Under the pieces are notes generated by a model. The model worked only from the letters and a program-made list of their open reading frames with translations, did not search any database and was not told the origin of the DNA. The translations under genes were made by a program, and so were the position numbers. Shown piece by piece: positions 28,627 through 41,900 of a stretch of 64,000 bases of DNA (its first letter is position 1; each line of letters starts with the position of its first letter). Source of the stretch: Eledone cirrhosa (lineage: Eukaryota); the NCBI GenBank assembly GCA_964016885.1, contig OZ024746.1:12090001-12154000 (forward strand). Direction: 5' to 3'.

Positions 28627-29864
28627 GTAAGTTTAGCTACAACTGTAGACTGTTTTATATTTTATAAAAATGTAATCCAACAGTTCAAGATTTATTTCTT
28701 CTTTCATTGTTCCGTTTCTGAGTTACTAAACTTACTTGTCAATCACTTGAGTGTGATGAACAAAATTATACCTTTTTTCAGACACATTTCATGCCAAATA
28801 ACTGAAGGAGATTTTTCAGAACATGTCTCTGCTGTGTTCAAATTGATGATTTATTTCCCTGTCACCTGCACTGTGATATGTCCCTAGCAAAGACACCTAA
28901 ATCTCTGTGATGTAGACTTCTTAGCTATAAATATGTACCATATAGCTCAGCATTTTAGGGTAGTTGAGGAATTGTATAATTGAATAATGTTTTGCTAGAT
29001 TATAAAACCCTATAAAAGCTAAAATAAACTTAGAACACTTCATTTACTTCTCAAGTTGCATGACAGTATGGTGTCAGATTATGTTAAGTAAGTAGTCACT
29101 CTTGGTCAGCTCAGGCTACTGGTACCATGTAACCCAGTACAACCTGCTTCATGGTCAAGTGGTCAGTGACTAAACTGGCTTTCCCACCAGATCTCGTGGG
29201 TAAGTAGAACCCCAGCAGTACAAAATCAAGGGAAAAGCTCCTGTGATAGGAGTGAGAAGGTTCTGGATTGGAAGCAGTCACTCATATTCCACACTGGCTT
29301 TTTAGTACCTTACTATTCTCTCATCATAGCTGTGTGTTGACTGACCCCATTACTATGTGTAGTTCCCCATGTAAGAAACAGGGCATGTTTAGGGGAACTT
29401 GACATGACTACCAAGAAATTCCAAATAACATTTGAAATGAATGTTTGATGTAAAATAAAACATTATTTTGAAAATTTATTGGTGATTAATAAGAAAGCTA
29501 TTTGTATGAATTATTTAAGAGATGATGTAGCAAAGTTACAGAACAGTAAACCTCAAACTGGAAGGTTGTCAGTTCAAACACTTTTTATAATAAATATTGA
29601 AAGAATGTTAAATTTAAAAAAAGTTCTTCCTGTTAACAAGAAAATATGATACATTGTAAACTAGTTGATATTTACAATCATTGCTTATCAGTTATAAAAA
29701 TCTGTAGAATATTTTGTGAAATTGCTCTGTATTTAGAACTCTTCTGAGGCAGAGAAAAAAATGTCTACACATTTGAAATGATTAAAAATCATGTTATTTG
29801 TAGATACTTCAACCTGTGTAACAAAACTGCAAATTTTTATTGTTAAAATATTTATTTTCATAAG

Positions 29865-29916
29865 GAACTTCCATTGGAAAAAGACTTATGGCTCGTCGTA
29901 CAAATCTACAGAATAG
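29865..29916 (+). CDS. DOCK3: DOCK3/4-like exon (ELPLEKDLWLVVQIYRIG) with GC donor
   Basis: taag|GAA...ATAG|gcaagc, 52 nt, phase 0-1. Corresponds to DOCK3 DLYIVAHVIRIG. Confidence 0.85.
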
Positions 29917-30254
29917 GCAAGCATTCTATTTTTTTTTTTTGCATTTATTGTGCCATTTTTATGGTTATAAAAACAAATTCTGTGCCATTTATCTTTTTCT
30001 TACTTATCTCCTATTACAGTGGCTAAGTGAGTCAACATGTAACTTCTTTCTCTTCAGTATAGTAACTAAATCTCTCTCTGCAAACTCCTTATCATGTCTA
30101 ATATGACATTTTACATCTGTAAATCAGTTCACAATAAAGATCGGATGACCAAAGCTAGAAGTGATAGAAGCTTTGTTCAGTTACTTCCAGTCCATCATTC
30201 TTTCAAGAAAATAACTATCCATCTCTCTGACTCATTTTATTTCCATGACAACAG

Positions 30255-30332
30255 GTAAACTGTTAACCAGTGACACAAGTAAAAAGACCATCAACAGCAG
30301 CAAAAAATTTCGAAGACCATATGGAGTAGCAG
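30255..30332 (+). CDS. DOCK3: DOCK3/4-like exon (GKLLTSDTSKKTINSSKKFRRPYGVA)
   Basis: acag|GT...GCAG|gttaga, 78 nt, phase 1-1. RRPYGxA motif. Confidence 0.93.
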
Positions 30333-30503
30333 GTTAGAACTTTGTTTTATTTTCTGTTGATGAAAGTCGACATTGACTTCCAGGAGGGTGGCTTGATAAA
30401 CCAAATATGTTTAACAGTGAATTGATTCAATTAACTTCAGCTTCCTTTGTAAGATATCTCTTGTGACTATTCAAAGAGAAATCAACACTATCTTTATATC
30501 ATT

Positions 30504-30882
30504 GGATTGACAGTATTGGTATAGGGTCGGACGCCATGCTTTGACGCATAGAGTTACGGCCCTTGCCATTCTGAGTTCAAATCCCGCCGAGGTTAACTTT
30601 GCCTTTCATCCTTACGAGGTCGATAAAATAAAGTGCCAGTAATACACTGGGTAATTGCTGGCCTTGTGCCAAAAGTAGAAACAATTATTATAGGGCGGTG
30701 GATTGGCAGTACCGGTAGAGGGTTGGAAACCATGCTTTGCAGCATAGTTATGGCCCTTTATGATCTAAGTTCAAATACCGCCGAGGTTAACTTTGCCTTT
30801 CATCCTTACGGGGTCAATAAAATAAAGTACCAGTAATGTACTGGGTAATTGCTGGCCTTGTGCCAAAAGTAGAAAATTATTA
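30504..30882 (+). mobile_element. Two tandem tRNA-SINE copies
   Basis: Head-to-tail copies at 30504-30690 and 30693-30882. Confidence 0.88.
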
Positions 30883-31734
30883 TAGCATACTTTTTATATT
30901 ATTATTACTTAAAAGAAATCATTTAAAAAAAGAATAAAAAAGTGTGTTTTTGCCTATATTCTCATTTCATATCTTGTGGTTGATTTTTTTTTTCACCATT
31001 TTGGAGTGGATATAATAAATTACTTTTCAAGTTTCTGCTTAGAATTCACACAATTTTATTATCTTACAAATATTTGTGACCTTTTGCCCATTATTATTAT
31101 TGTTATGACTTGGATAGCTAAATCAAAGCCAGACAAAATACCTTATGGGATTCAGTTATATATTCTATTCTGAGTTAAAAATTCAATTGTGGCCATCTCT
31201 ATTTTCACCTTTCTGCTGTTGATAAAATAAGTACCAGTTAAATACTGCTCCCTTCCCCAAAATCTGTGGCCTAGTGTTATAAAACTGTCAGTTCAAAGCA
31301 GTGCTGTTTTCTCAGTTCCATTCCTGTTGAGACTGGTTTTGCCTTTTATCACTCTTGGATCAATAAAGTAATAAATTCCTGCCATATAATGCTATTGGTT
31401 CTCTCAACCATACCTTTCCTCCTTGTAAAAATGTGGAAAAATAATCAAAATAAATATTGCTAAGGTTAGCTGGGTAAAAATAACTATTAGTGAGTCTGCA
31501 ACCAGTTTTGATTTTTGGAACATTTTCATTTCACTTGTGCCTCCAACGTCTCTGGAAGAATCATAATACAACAAACTACATCATACATTATAAATGCTAT
31601 CAGCGTCATTGATCTTGCTTTTTGTTTTCACCCAGATTCAATAAAGTATAGAACCTTCTGTTTCTTGCTGTGCAGAAACTGTTTTATTTTCATTGTTATT
31701 ATTGACTTTTCTTATTTTTTCTCCACCTTTCTAG

Positions 31735-31807
31735 TATGTTCCTTGAGAGAAATTAACCAATCCAAGTTCTGCCATGATGAAACTGAAGTTAATTTGAAAG
31801 TAACAAG
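31735..31807 (+). CDS. DOCK3: DOCK3/4-like exon (VCSLREINQSKFCHDETEVNLKVT)
   Basis: Long pyrimidine tract, ctag|TA...AAG|gtcagt, 73 nt, phase 1-2, in phase with both neighbours. Confidence 0.85.
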
Positions 31808-32165
31808 GTCAGTACAGTTGGTATTTTAGCATGTAACCTTCAGCAAACTAGCTTTACTAGAAACTGTCACCAAATAATAATAATAATGAAACTATTAACT
31901 ACCTGTTTTTTTCAACTATTTTCTACCGTGATTAACTCTTATTACAGTCATTTTTTTTACATTTGGTCCTTATTTCCATTTTGATGTGTAAATTTACAGA
32001 TTTTCATAACATTGTTTCAGTTATGTTGAAAGTGTTGTTTCATTTTGTTAAATATTTTGATTGTGTCTTTAATTTTGTTCCTTAATTGAGGTTATTATTT
32101 CAATAAGACTGAAACACATGTTGTGGCATGTTGAGTAATATTAGAGACACTTGTTTGTTTTACAG

Positions 32166-32257
32166 TGTGGATAAAGAGGAATTATTTCACAGTTTACATG
32201 ACAGTATCATTAAAAGGACCTTACAACGGTTACTAACAACAGAGAAAAATATTTCAG
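32166..32257 (+). CDS. DOCK3: DOCK3/4-like exon (SVDKEELFHSLHDSIIKRTLQRLLTTEKNISG)
   Basis: tacag|T...TCAG|gtaaga, 92 nt, phase 2-1. Corresponds to DOCK3 ESEWSQIHENIIRK. Confidence 0.88.
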
Positions 32258-33002
32258 GTAAGAATCATATTGAACTTTCTAGTCTTTGATCATTTTATTT
32301 GGTTCTGAAATAATTTATTTTCAGTTTCTTTTCTGGAATAGAAATAAAATTGTTGTTGTTATTATAAAGAAATTATTAATATTAATATTGTTGTTGTTAA
32401 TATCATCATCATTATGCCCAGCTATAAAAAAAAAACCCAAAATAAAAGGGAAAACAAAAAAATTGATCACATCAAAATTATCTGATCCTTATAAGCATTA
32501 CAAAAACAATTCTCTTATGTTCAAAGAAGAAATCATAATATCCATTGTTGTCATTATTGTTGTCACTATAGAAAAGGGCTGAGAGGACTTTTCAGCTATG
32601 CCAAGGACATGAGAACTTTGCTTGAGTCATGATAAAATACATCCAGTACATTCTGTAAAGTGGTTGGTGTTTGGAATGTTATCCAGCCATAAAAACCAAG
32701 CCAAAAACGATTGAGAGGACTCTTCTGCCCAGTCAAGGAATGACAATGTCTCTAGAATTAGTGTCACAGTAAAATGTAGCCAGTAAACTCGATAAAGAAC
32801 TGGTCTCTGATAATCTACTTCATTGTATTCTTATTTCATTATGTCTGCATGTGTTCATATGTTGAAACTATTGTGATTTCCACAAGTTGATTGATGAAAA
32901 GGAACTGTTGCTTTTTCCATCATCATTGTCCTATGTGCTCCTCTTTTTGATTAATATTTGATATAGTCTCAGTCATTCTGGCCTCTTTATATATAATCCC
33001 CA

Positions 33003-33045
33003 GTCACTGAAGAGGTCACAGAATGTGTGACGAAAGAACTTTGAC
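33003..33045 (+). ncRNA. Minimal hammerhead-like motif (Penelope-type variant)
   Basis: GTCA-CTGAAGA-G-GTCACA(gaatg)TGTGAC-GAAA-GAACTT-TGAC; a (TA)n tract lies ~150 bp downstream. Confidence 0.5.
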
Positions 33046-34450
33046 AATATATGAACAACCGCCCGGTTGTGGAGCCATCCAACCAACCGGAAATTTATAA
33101 ATTCTTAAATTTATAAATTTAATTTATAATAAATTGGAGTGAAAGCAACTGGTGCGTGTGTTTCTTATTGGCAACATGACCCTCCCAAAGTATAACAATA
33201 TATATATATATATGTATATATCAATATGGATGCAGTAAAAATCTATTTAGATCATTACTCACCAGAGTACTCAATACTTGGTGTAGTAGAGTATGGTGAT
33301 ATATACACACACACATATATATATAATAATAATAAAGATACAAGGTCAAAAACTTTGCTAGGTGGGTTAGATTAGATTAATTCTATTGTACTTGACTGGT
33401 ACTTTATTTTAATTACCTTAGAAAGATGACCAAAATCTATCTTTGTTGAGTTTGAACTCAGAACATGAAAATGTAAAACTAAATACCAGAAAAGTATTTT
33501 ATTTGTAGCTCTATATTAATGATAATGATGATGATAATAACAATTTCTAGTTTAGGCACAAGGCCAGCAATATTTAGGGAAGGGGAAAGATGATTACATT
33601 GATTCCTACTGCAGAAAAATAAAAGGCAAAGGGAACCGTAGCAGAATTTGAACTCAGATCATTAGAACTGGGAACAAATGCTACCAGGTATTTGCCTGAT
33701 GTGTTAATGATTCTGTCAATCCACTGCTCTCATGATGATGTTAATAATAATAATAACAATAATAATGATGTTTAAATTTACATTCATAAATTAGTAAACT
33801 AAAGGTTTTATTGTTTTGATGTATTATCTTTAATCTTTTTCATATTTTTATTTCAAAACATTGAATGAAAGGAAAAAAATGGTGACAGAGTTTTGAAAGA
33901 ACTATATATTCTGTAGAAATTGTACCATGTTCTTTTCAGGGATTAAATTACACTATTATTTCAGGGATCTACAATTTGCTAAGTTCTGATTCATACTTCA
34001 ATAATTTGAGGAATCGCAGTTTTAAAAATTCAGGTGAGGTGTAAAAAAAAAAAAACAAAAAAAAAAAAACTCAATCCCCCCCAATGTTGATAACTATTGT
34101 CGTTGTAGATCCTTTGAGTGCTGGATAACTGTATGCTTTTATTGAGAAGAACTACATTTCCTTATATGATTAACATAAGAGCTTTTCTCCTTTACTTGTC
34201 AGGTTTGCTATGGTGTTACATTCAAAATTTTGAAGATTAGCATAACTATATACTTTTTGAATCAAGAAAATAATGTTGCCATCTGCCTAGTTACCATTTT
34301 GGATTTTTAAAATGGCTGCCATAAATATTTTATTTCTGCTGTCTCAACTTTTTGTTAGCCTAGAAATATAATTATATAGACTAATCTTAGCAGTTACTTC
34401 ACTTTTTGGACGTTTTTAGCTTTCCAGAGGTCAGGGATACTAGGAGGTGT

Positions 34451-35598
34451 CATCATCATCATCATCATCACCGTTTTACGTCCGTTCTTCCACGCTAGCA
34501 TGGGTTAGACGGGTTGTCCTGTTGTGGGCAGTGTCTGGTCGGCTGACCATGCCTTGCTCATACAGGAACTGATCTGGCTTGATTTCTACAGCTGGATGCC
34601 CTTCCTAACACCAACCTCATTTACAGTGAGTGCTGGGTGCTTTTTCGTGGCGCCTACACGTCCACTTTACAGTGTGGGCTGGGTGCTTTTTTGCCGTGGC
34701 ACCTCCACGACCACCTTGCGGTGGGGGGAGTGGGGGCATATTGTTTATATGCTTCAGCATGTACCCATGGGAGGTCGGGTACCCTGTATTACTGCGTGAC
34801 GCCAGAAGTCACGGTCGTGTGTCATTGCCTTTGAGAGGTGTAGTTGGGTAAGGTCGGCTTTTATCACCTCATCCCAAGTCATCTTGGGTCTCCCCACTCC
34901 GCGGTTTCCATCAACTTCTAGTGCTCTGCACCTTTTTATGCAGCTGTCATCCTTCATACGCATCACATGTCCATACCAGCGTAACCGCCTCTCCTGCACG
35001 CAGCATTTGATTCCTCTTATGCTCAGTCTCTCTCTCAATTCCTTTATGCTTTGTCGTTCACGTATATTACTGTTACACATCCATCGGAGCATGCAGGCTT
35101 CGTTTCTCTCTAATCTACGTAAGTCTTCCACCTTCAGCGCCCAGGTCTCACTACCATGCAACATCGCTGTTCGGATACACGCATCATACAGTCTGCCTTT
35201 CATTCTGAGGGAGAAGCCTTTTGCAGCTAGCAGTGGTAGTAGTTCCCTAAACTTCTTCCATCCCGTTCTTACCCTAGTTATTGTACTTTCTGAGCACCCA
35301 CCTCCGTTGCTAATTCGGTCACCTAGGTAGCAGAAGCTGTCTACTGTTTCTACAGGGCCCTCCCAGAGATTGGTGGTACTTGTTTCCTGTGGCTGTTTGC
35401 TTGCTGTTTCAGCACAGCTGCTGCATGTGAATCCTACATTCTTAATTAAGCTTCCTGAGATCCCGCTACATCTCTTGTGTACCCATTGTTTGCATTTGGG
35501 GTAGAGAATGGAGTTCCTACCTACACCTTTCCTACATACTGAGCAAGGCCATTTCCCTGAGGGGATCTGGGTTCTGTTTTCTCATCTACTTACAAGGT
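34451..35598 (-). mobile_element. 5'-truncated RTE LINE (C-terminal ORF part, 3' UTR, (GAT)n tail)
   Basis: ORF 34754-35203 (KGRLYDACIRTAMLHGSETWAL...RLRWYGHV...GRPKMTW) is homologous to the 8787-10951 copy; the 5' end abuts (TA)n. Confidence 0.93.
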
Positions 35599-36315
35599 GT
35601 ATATATATTTATATATATATATATATATATACATATATACACCTCCCATCAGGATGCACTCACACCAGCATCTGAGGATCAAGTTAGTGAAGCAGAAATA
35701 TCTTTAGCACCCACTGAGAGGCGAAACTTGTCATAGTGTTTAGAATAATTCCTGTCTAACAGATGGTAAAGAAATGAGACAATCAGCAGTCTCAGATCTT
35801 GGCTACCAATTCAATGGCAGTTTCTTAGCAGATTTTAACTTGGTTATTCCTGTCTTTGACACATACAAAGATGGTTTGTTGAAGCAGGTAATTATAAATT
35901 GCTGATGACACAAACACACCAATGGAACACTTTTATTTTACATCACTGTAAAATAAATTTTCTTTAAACATAGATAGCAATATCTTGGTTCTGGCTGTAT
36001 AGTATCAAGTAGTTTGGAGATTAAGAGTGTACTTGATCTCGGCAAAGTAGAAATGTTAACTATATTCCACACATTCAATAGAGCAGATAATGTTAGAAGA
36101 TTCTTTGGGGTAAAGCAAAAATCAAGTGATTTTTTTTTTTTTTTTCTCAGCAATGATGAAACTAATAGAGATGAAGGAGGCATTAGCTAGCTTTGTATGC
36201 TTAATGTACGACCTAAATGGCATTTATATAACAAGTGTCAGGATCTAAAGAGGCATCTGTTTTGTAAACAACTGGTAGAAAGCAGTATATTCTTTTCTAC
36301 AGTTGATGTCCTTAA

Positions 36316-36567
36316 CCCTTTCGTTACCATATTTCTTCTGAAAGACACTACATATTTTGAAAATAACCAATAATTTGGAGGCACTTAGTAAAATAAATAA
36401 CTTTCTCATTATCAAGCTGGTATTTGGATCATAACTTAGCAAACGTACTTACATAAAATTACGATGGAAGGATTTTTATGTCAATATAAAAAAACTGTTT
36501 TATAAAATATAAAATAAACTGTTTTAGATAATAGAAACAGATGTGATTTGAAGCAGTATTGAAAGGG
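36316..36567. mobile_element. piggyBac-like MITE
   Basis: TTAA|CCCTTTCgttac ... gtattGAAAGGG|TTAA. Confidence 0.75.
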
Positions 36568-36880
36568 TTAAGCAGCTTATTGAAATTGTGTCCTTACAGA
36601 GTAGGATGTAATGCTCAGCTAGTATGATGTATCAACACCCATTTGACATATTCAAAGAGGGATATTAACAGAATGGCCATGTGGGCTATTATCTACCATT
36701 GTAAAGGTTCCATATGCTCCACAGTTCATTGTGGAGTGGATTGTGTGTCATTGTACAATCTATTACACAACCTAGAGATGTTCAGGCAAGGGACAACTTG
36801 GCTTGCACAGACCTTTACTTTGTGTAGAAATGAGTGTTAAAATGACATGGACTGTAATCACATTCAAGATAGTGATAATA

Positions 36881-38230
36881 CATCATCATCATCAGCGTTT
36901 TTCCAACTGTTTTCCACTCTTACATGGGTTGAATGGCTCCTTTTCAGCACAGCATTTCTTCACTCACCGTGTTCCTTCAACTCCTGTGTGTCTTGGTGAT
37001 TTGAGATCAGCTCTCACCAACACTGTCCAGGTCTTTCTTGGTTTACCTCTGCAGTTTCCTACCACTGGGATTTCCTTCCACTTCTTCATCCCGCAGTCAT
37101 CATCCATGCACATCACATGTTCGTACCAATGCAATCTTTTCTCTTGTACACCACCTCAGATTCCTCTTAAACCCAGTTTCTCCCTCAGTTTATCCAAGCT
37201 CTGCCTTCCTCTCACATTTACATTACACATCCAATGTAGCATTGCTGCTTCATTTCTCTCCAATTTACACATGCCCTCTACAGTCACAGCCCATGTTTCA
37301 CTACCACGCATCATTGTGCTTTGCATGTAGGGAGAAACCTTTTGTTGTCAGCAGTGGGAGTAGCTCTCTAAACTTCTTTCCTATCCTTATCCTAGCCATT
37401 ATGCTTAGAGAGCACCTGCCTCCACTGCTGATTAAGTCACCTAGATAACAGAAGCTGTCAACCTCTTCTATGGATCAGATCAGCCACATAAAAAAAGTTC
37501 CCAAGACAGCCAGTCTTAAACTCCTCTGTTATAGCTTGAAGAACTATGATGAACAGCAGTGAGCTAAGAACTGAACCCTAATGAACTCCTACCTGCACTT
37601 TGAATTCCTCACTATATTCATTTCCTACTCTCACTTTACTGACAGCTCCTCTGTACATGGTTTGCACTGCCCTCACCAGCCATTTTTCTGCACTTAATTT
37701 CCTTAAGGGCCACCAGATAATAGATCGAGGTACTCTGTCAAAGGCTTTTTCTAGATTAACAAAAGCTAAATATAGTGGCTTATTCTTTGCTAGGAACTTC
37801 TCTTGTAGTTGCCTCACTAAAAAGAGGGCACCTGTAGTACTTTTCCCAGTATGAAACCAAACTGTATCTCATCTAATTTGACTCTTTCTCTAATTACCTG
37901 TGCTATAACTCTTTCTGTTACTTTCATAACTTGGTCCATTAGTTTTATTCTTCTGAAGTTGCTCCTTTCTCGAGCATCACCTTTGCCCTTGTAGTAATTT
38001 ATGATTGGACTCCATCCTGTATTACCTGATTGACTATGTGGGTTACTAGCTTGACTCCTACTTCTTTACAGTTCTTCATCTCCTTAATTGCTTCTTTGAT
38101 CCTATAACTAGCAACTTTAATAGCTGGTCCTTCTGTTGGGTAGATTGAGGGTAGTCTCTGCTCCTCCCATTCATTCTCTGCATTCTCTCATAGTTACATT
38201 TCCAGGCCTCTTTCTTTTGAGCATCAGTGG
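36881..38230 (-). mobile_element. Older RTE LINE with internal deletions
   Basis: RQLQEKFLAKNKPLYLAFVNLEKAFDRVPRS...GVH*; (CAT)n tail at 36881. Confidence 0.88.
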
Positions 38231-38250
38231 TGCTTTGTAAAAGCATCAAG

Positions 38251-38384
38251 TAGATGGTGGTGGTGGTGTCTGTAGAAATGGTGGTGGTGGTGTCTGTAGA
38301 AATAGTGGTGGTGGTGTCTGTAGAAATGGTGGTGGTGGTGTCTGTAGAAATGGTGGTGGTGGTGTCTGTAGAAGTGGTGGTGGG
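38251..38384. repeat. 24-bp minisatellite (tgtagaaatggtggtggtggtgtc) x~5.5
   Basis: Seen directly in the sequence. Confidence 0.9.
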
Positions 38385-38919
38385 GCAGCCAGCATTGGTT
38401 TTCTTATTCTAAAAATGAGCAAGTTTGCTAATCTCCCAAAATTCTGAATGGAACTTATATGTGGAAATTTTTTTTAATATTTCCATATTGCGGTGGAATT
38501 TGAAAGGCTTTTTCTAGTGGAAACATAATAACGTAGCATTTAGATTATATCTATATAACTAATTCTCAGCTCTTTGATGGTTTTCTAAAATCTTGTAGTA
38601 TTTCACTAATCATAGACCTCGGTCTTTTAAGATGTGTTCAAATGCATGCTTGCACACACAAAAACTCAGACACACACAGGTGCATATGTGCATATGCACA
38701 TGAACACACATATATACATATGCACATGTGTGCACACATATATACACACACAGATACACACATGCACACACTCACAATTGCACACATGCACACAGACATA
38801 TACACAGACACATTCACACACACATACTTACAGACTAGTTGATTGATCAAACCTTATCATAGTTACTGTGTTGTGTCCAGTAACCAAACTCATATAAACC
38901 TTGCTACCTTGTTTGTTAA

Positions 38920-41900
38920 TGTTGTGAGAGAGTATTTAGTGTTAGGAAGATATTGTGTTGTGAGAGAGTATTTAGTGTTAGGAAGATATTGTGTTGTGTG
39001 AGAGTATTTAAAGTTAGGAAGACATTGTGTTGTGAGAGAGTATTTTGTGTTAGGAAGATATTGTGTTGTGAGAGAGTATTTAGTGTTAGGAAGATATTGT
39101 GTTGTGAGAGAGTATTTAGTGTTGGGAAGACATTGTGTTGTGTGAGAGTATTTAGTGTTAGGAAGGTATTGTGTTGTGAGAGAGTATTTAGTGTTAGGAA
39201 GGTATTGTGTTGTGAGAGAGTATTTAGTGTTAGGAAGATATTGTGTTGTGAGAGAGTATTTAGTGTTAGGAAGATATTGTGTTGTGAGAGAGTATTTAGT
39301 GTTAGGAAGATATTGTGTTGTGTGAGAGTATTTAGTGTTAGGAAGATATTGTGTTGTGAGAGAGTATTTAGTGTTAGGAAGACCTTGTGTTGTGAGAGAG
39401 TATTTAGTGTTAGGAAGATATTGTGTTGTGAGAGAGTATTTAGTGTTAGGAAGACCTTGTGTTGTGAGAGAGTATTTAGTGTTAGGAAGATATTGTGTTG
39501 TGAGAGAGTATTTAGTGTTAGGAAGATATTATGTTGTGAGAGAGTGTTAGGAAGACCTTGTGTTGTGAGAGAGTATTTAGTGTTAGGAAGATATTGTGTT
39601 GTGAGAGAGTATTTAGTGTTAGGAAGATATTGTGTTGTGAGAGAGTATTTAGTGTTAGGAAGATATTGTGTTGTGAGAGAGTATTTAGTGTTAGGAAGAT
39701 ATTGTGTTGTGAGATAGTATTTAGTGTTAGGAAGATATTGTGTTGTGAGAGAGTATTTAGTGTTAGGAAGACATTGTGTTGTGAGAGAGTATTTAGTGTT
39801 AGGAAGACATTGTGTTGTGAGAGAGTATTTAGTGTTAGGAAGACATTGTGTTGTGAGAGAGTATTTAGTGTTAGGAAGATATTGTGTTGTGAGAGAGTAT
39901 TTAGTGTTAGGAAGACATTGTGTTGTGAGAGAGTATTTAGTGTTAGGAAGACATTGTGTTGTGAGAGAGTATTTAGTGTTAGGAAGACATTGTGTTGTGA
40001 GAGAGTATTTAGTGTTAGGAAGATATTGTGTTGTGAGAGAGTATTTAGTGTTAGGAAGACCTTGTGTTGTGAGAGAGTATTTAGTGTTAGGAAGATATTG
40101 TGTTGTGAAAGAGTATTTAGTGTTAGGAAGATATTGTGTTGTGAGAGAGTATTTAGTGTTAGGAAGATATTGTGTTGTGAGAGAGTATTTAGTGTTGGGA
40201 AGATATTGTGTTGTGAGAAAGTATTTAGTGTTAGGAAGATATTGTGTTGTGAGAGAGTATTTAGTGTTAGGAAGACCTTGTGTTGTGAGAGAGTATTTAG
40301 TGTTAGGAAGATATTGTGTTGTGAGAAAGTATTTAGTGTTAGGAAGACCTTGTGTTGTGAGAGAGTATTTAGTGTTAGGAAGATATTATGTTGTGAGAGA
40401 GTATTTAGTGTTAGGAAGACATTGTGTTGTGAGAGAGTATTTAGTGTTAGGAAGATATTGTGTTGTGAGAGAGTATTTAGTGTTAGGAAGACATTGTGTT
40501 GTGAGAGAGTATTTAGTGTTAGGAAGATATTGTGTTGTGAGAGAGTATTTAGTGTTAGGAAGATATTGTGTTGTGAGAGAGTATTTAGTGTTAGGAAGAT
40601 ATTGTGTTGTGAGAGAGTATTTAGTGTTAGGAAGATATTGTGTTGTGAGAGAGTATTTAGTGTTAGGAAGACCTTGTGTTGTGAGAGAGTATTTAGTGTT
40701 AGGAAGACCTTGTGTTGTGAGAGAGTATTTAGTGTTAGGAAAATATTGTGTTGTGTGAGAGTATTTAGAGTTAGGAAGACATTGTGTTGTGAGAGAGTAT
40801 TTAGTGTTAGGAAGATATTGTGTTGTGAGAGAGTATTTAGTGTTAGGAAGATAGTGTGTTGTGAGAGAGTATTCAGTGTTAGGAAGACATTGTGTTGTGA
40901 GAGAGTATTTAGTGTTAGGAAGATATTGTGTTGTGTGAGAGTATTTAGTGTTAGGAAGATATTGTGTTGTGAGAGAGTATTTAGTGTTAGGAAGATATTG
41001 TGTTGTGAGAGAGTATTTAGTGTTAGGAAGATATTGTGTTGTGAGAGAGTATTTAGTGTTAGGAAGATATTGTGTTGTGAGAGAGTATTTAGTGTTAGGA
41101 AGATATTGTGTTGTGAGAGAGTATTTAGTGTTAGGAAGACATTGTGTTGTGAGAGAGTATTTAGTGTTAGGAAGATATTGTGTTGTGAGAGTATTTAGTG
41201 TTAGGAAGACGTGTTGTGAGAGAGTATTTAGTGTTAGGAAGATATTGTGTTGTGAGATAGTATTTAGTGTTAGGAAGATATTGTGTTGTGAGAGAGTATT
41301 TAGTGTTAGGAAGACATTGTGTTGTGAGAGAGTATTTTGTGTTAGGAAGACATTGTGTTGTGAGAGAGTATTTAGTGTTAGGAAAATATTGTGTTGTGTG
41401 AGAGTATTTAGAGTTAGGAAGACATTGTGTTGTGAGAGAGTATTTAGAGTTAGGAAGACATTGTGTTGTGAGAGAGTATTTTGTGTTAGGAAGACATTGT
41501 GTTGTGAGAGAGTATTTAGTGTTAGGAAGATATTGTGTTGTGTGAGAGTATTTAGAGTTAGGAAGACATTGTGTTGTGAGAGAGTATTTAGTGTTAGGAA
41601 GACATTGTGTTGTGAGAGAGTATTTAGTGTTAGGAAGATATTGTGTTGTGAGATAGTAATTAGTGTTAGGAAGACATTGTGTTGTGAGAGAGTATTTAGT
41701 GTTAGGAAGATATTGTGTTGTGAGAGAGTATTTAGTGTTAGGAAGATATTGTGTTGTGAGAGAGTATTTAGTGTTAGGAAGATATTGTGTTGTGAGAGAG
41801 TATTTAGTGTTACGAAGACATTGTGTTGTGAGAGAGTATTTAGTGTTAGGAAGATATTGTGTTATGTAAGAGTATTTAGAGTTAGGAAGACATTGTGTTG

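Noticed and set aside
35671-35750. Hammerhead-like fragments (ctgaggat...gaaa; ctgagaggcgaaac)
   Set aside because: No formable stem II and an incomplete core.
38935-38948. Telomere-derived origin of the satellite (TTAGTG TTAGGA)
   Set aside because: Only two of six hexamers resemble TTAGGG.
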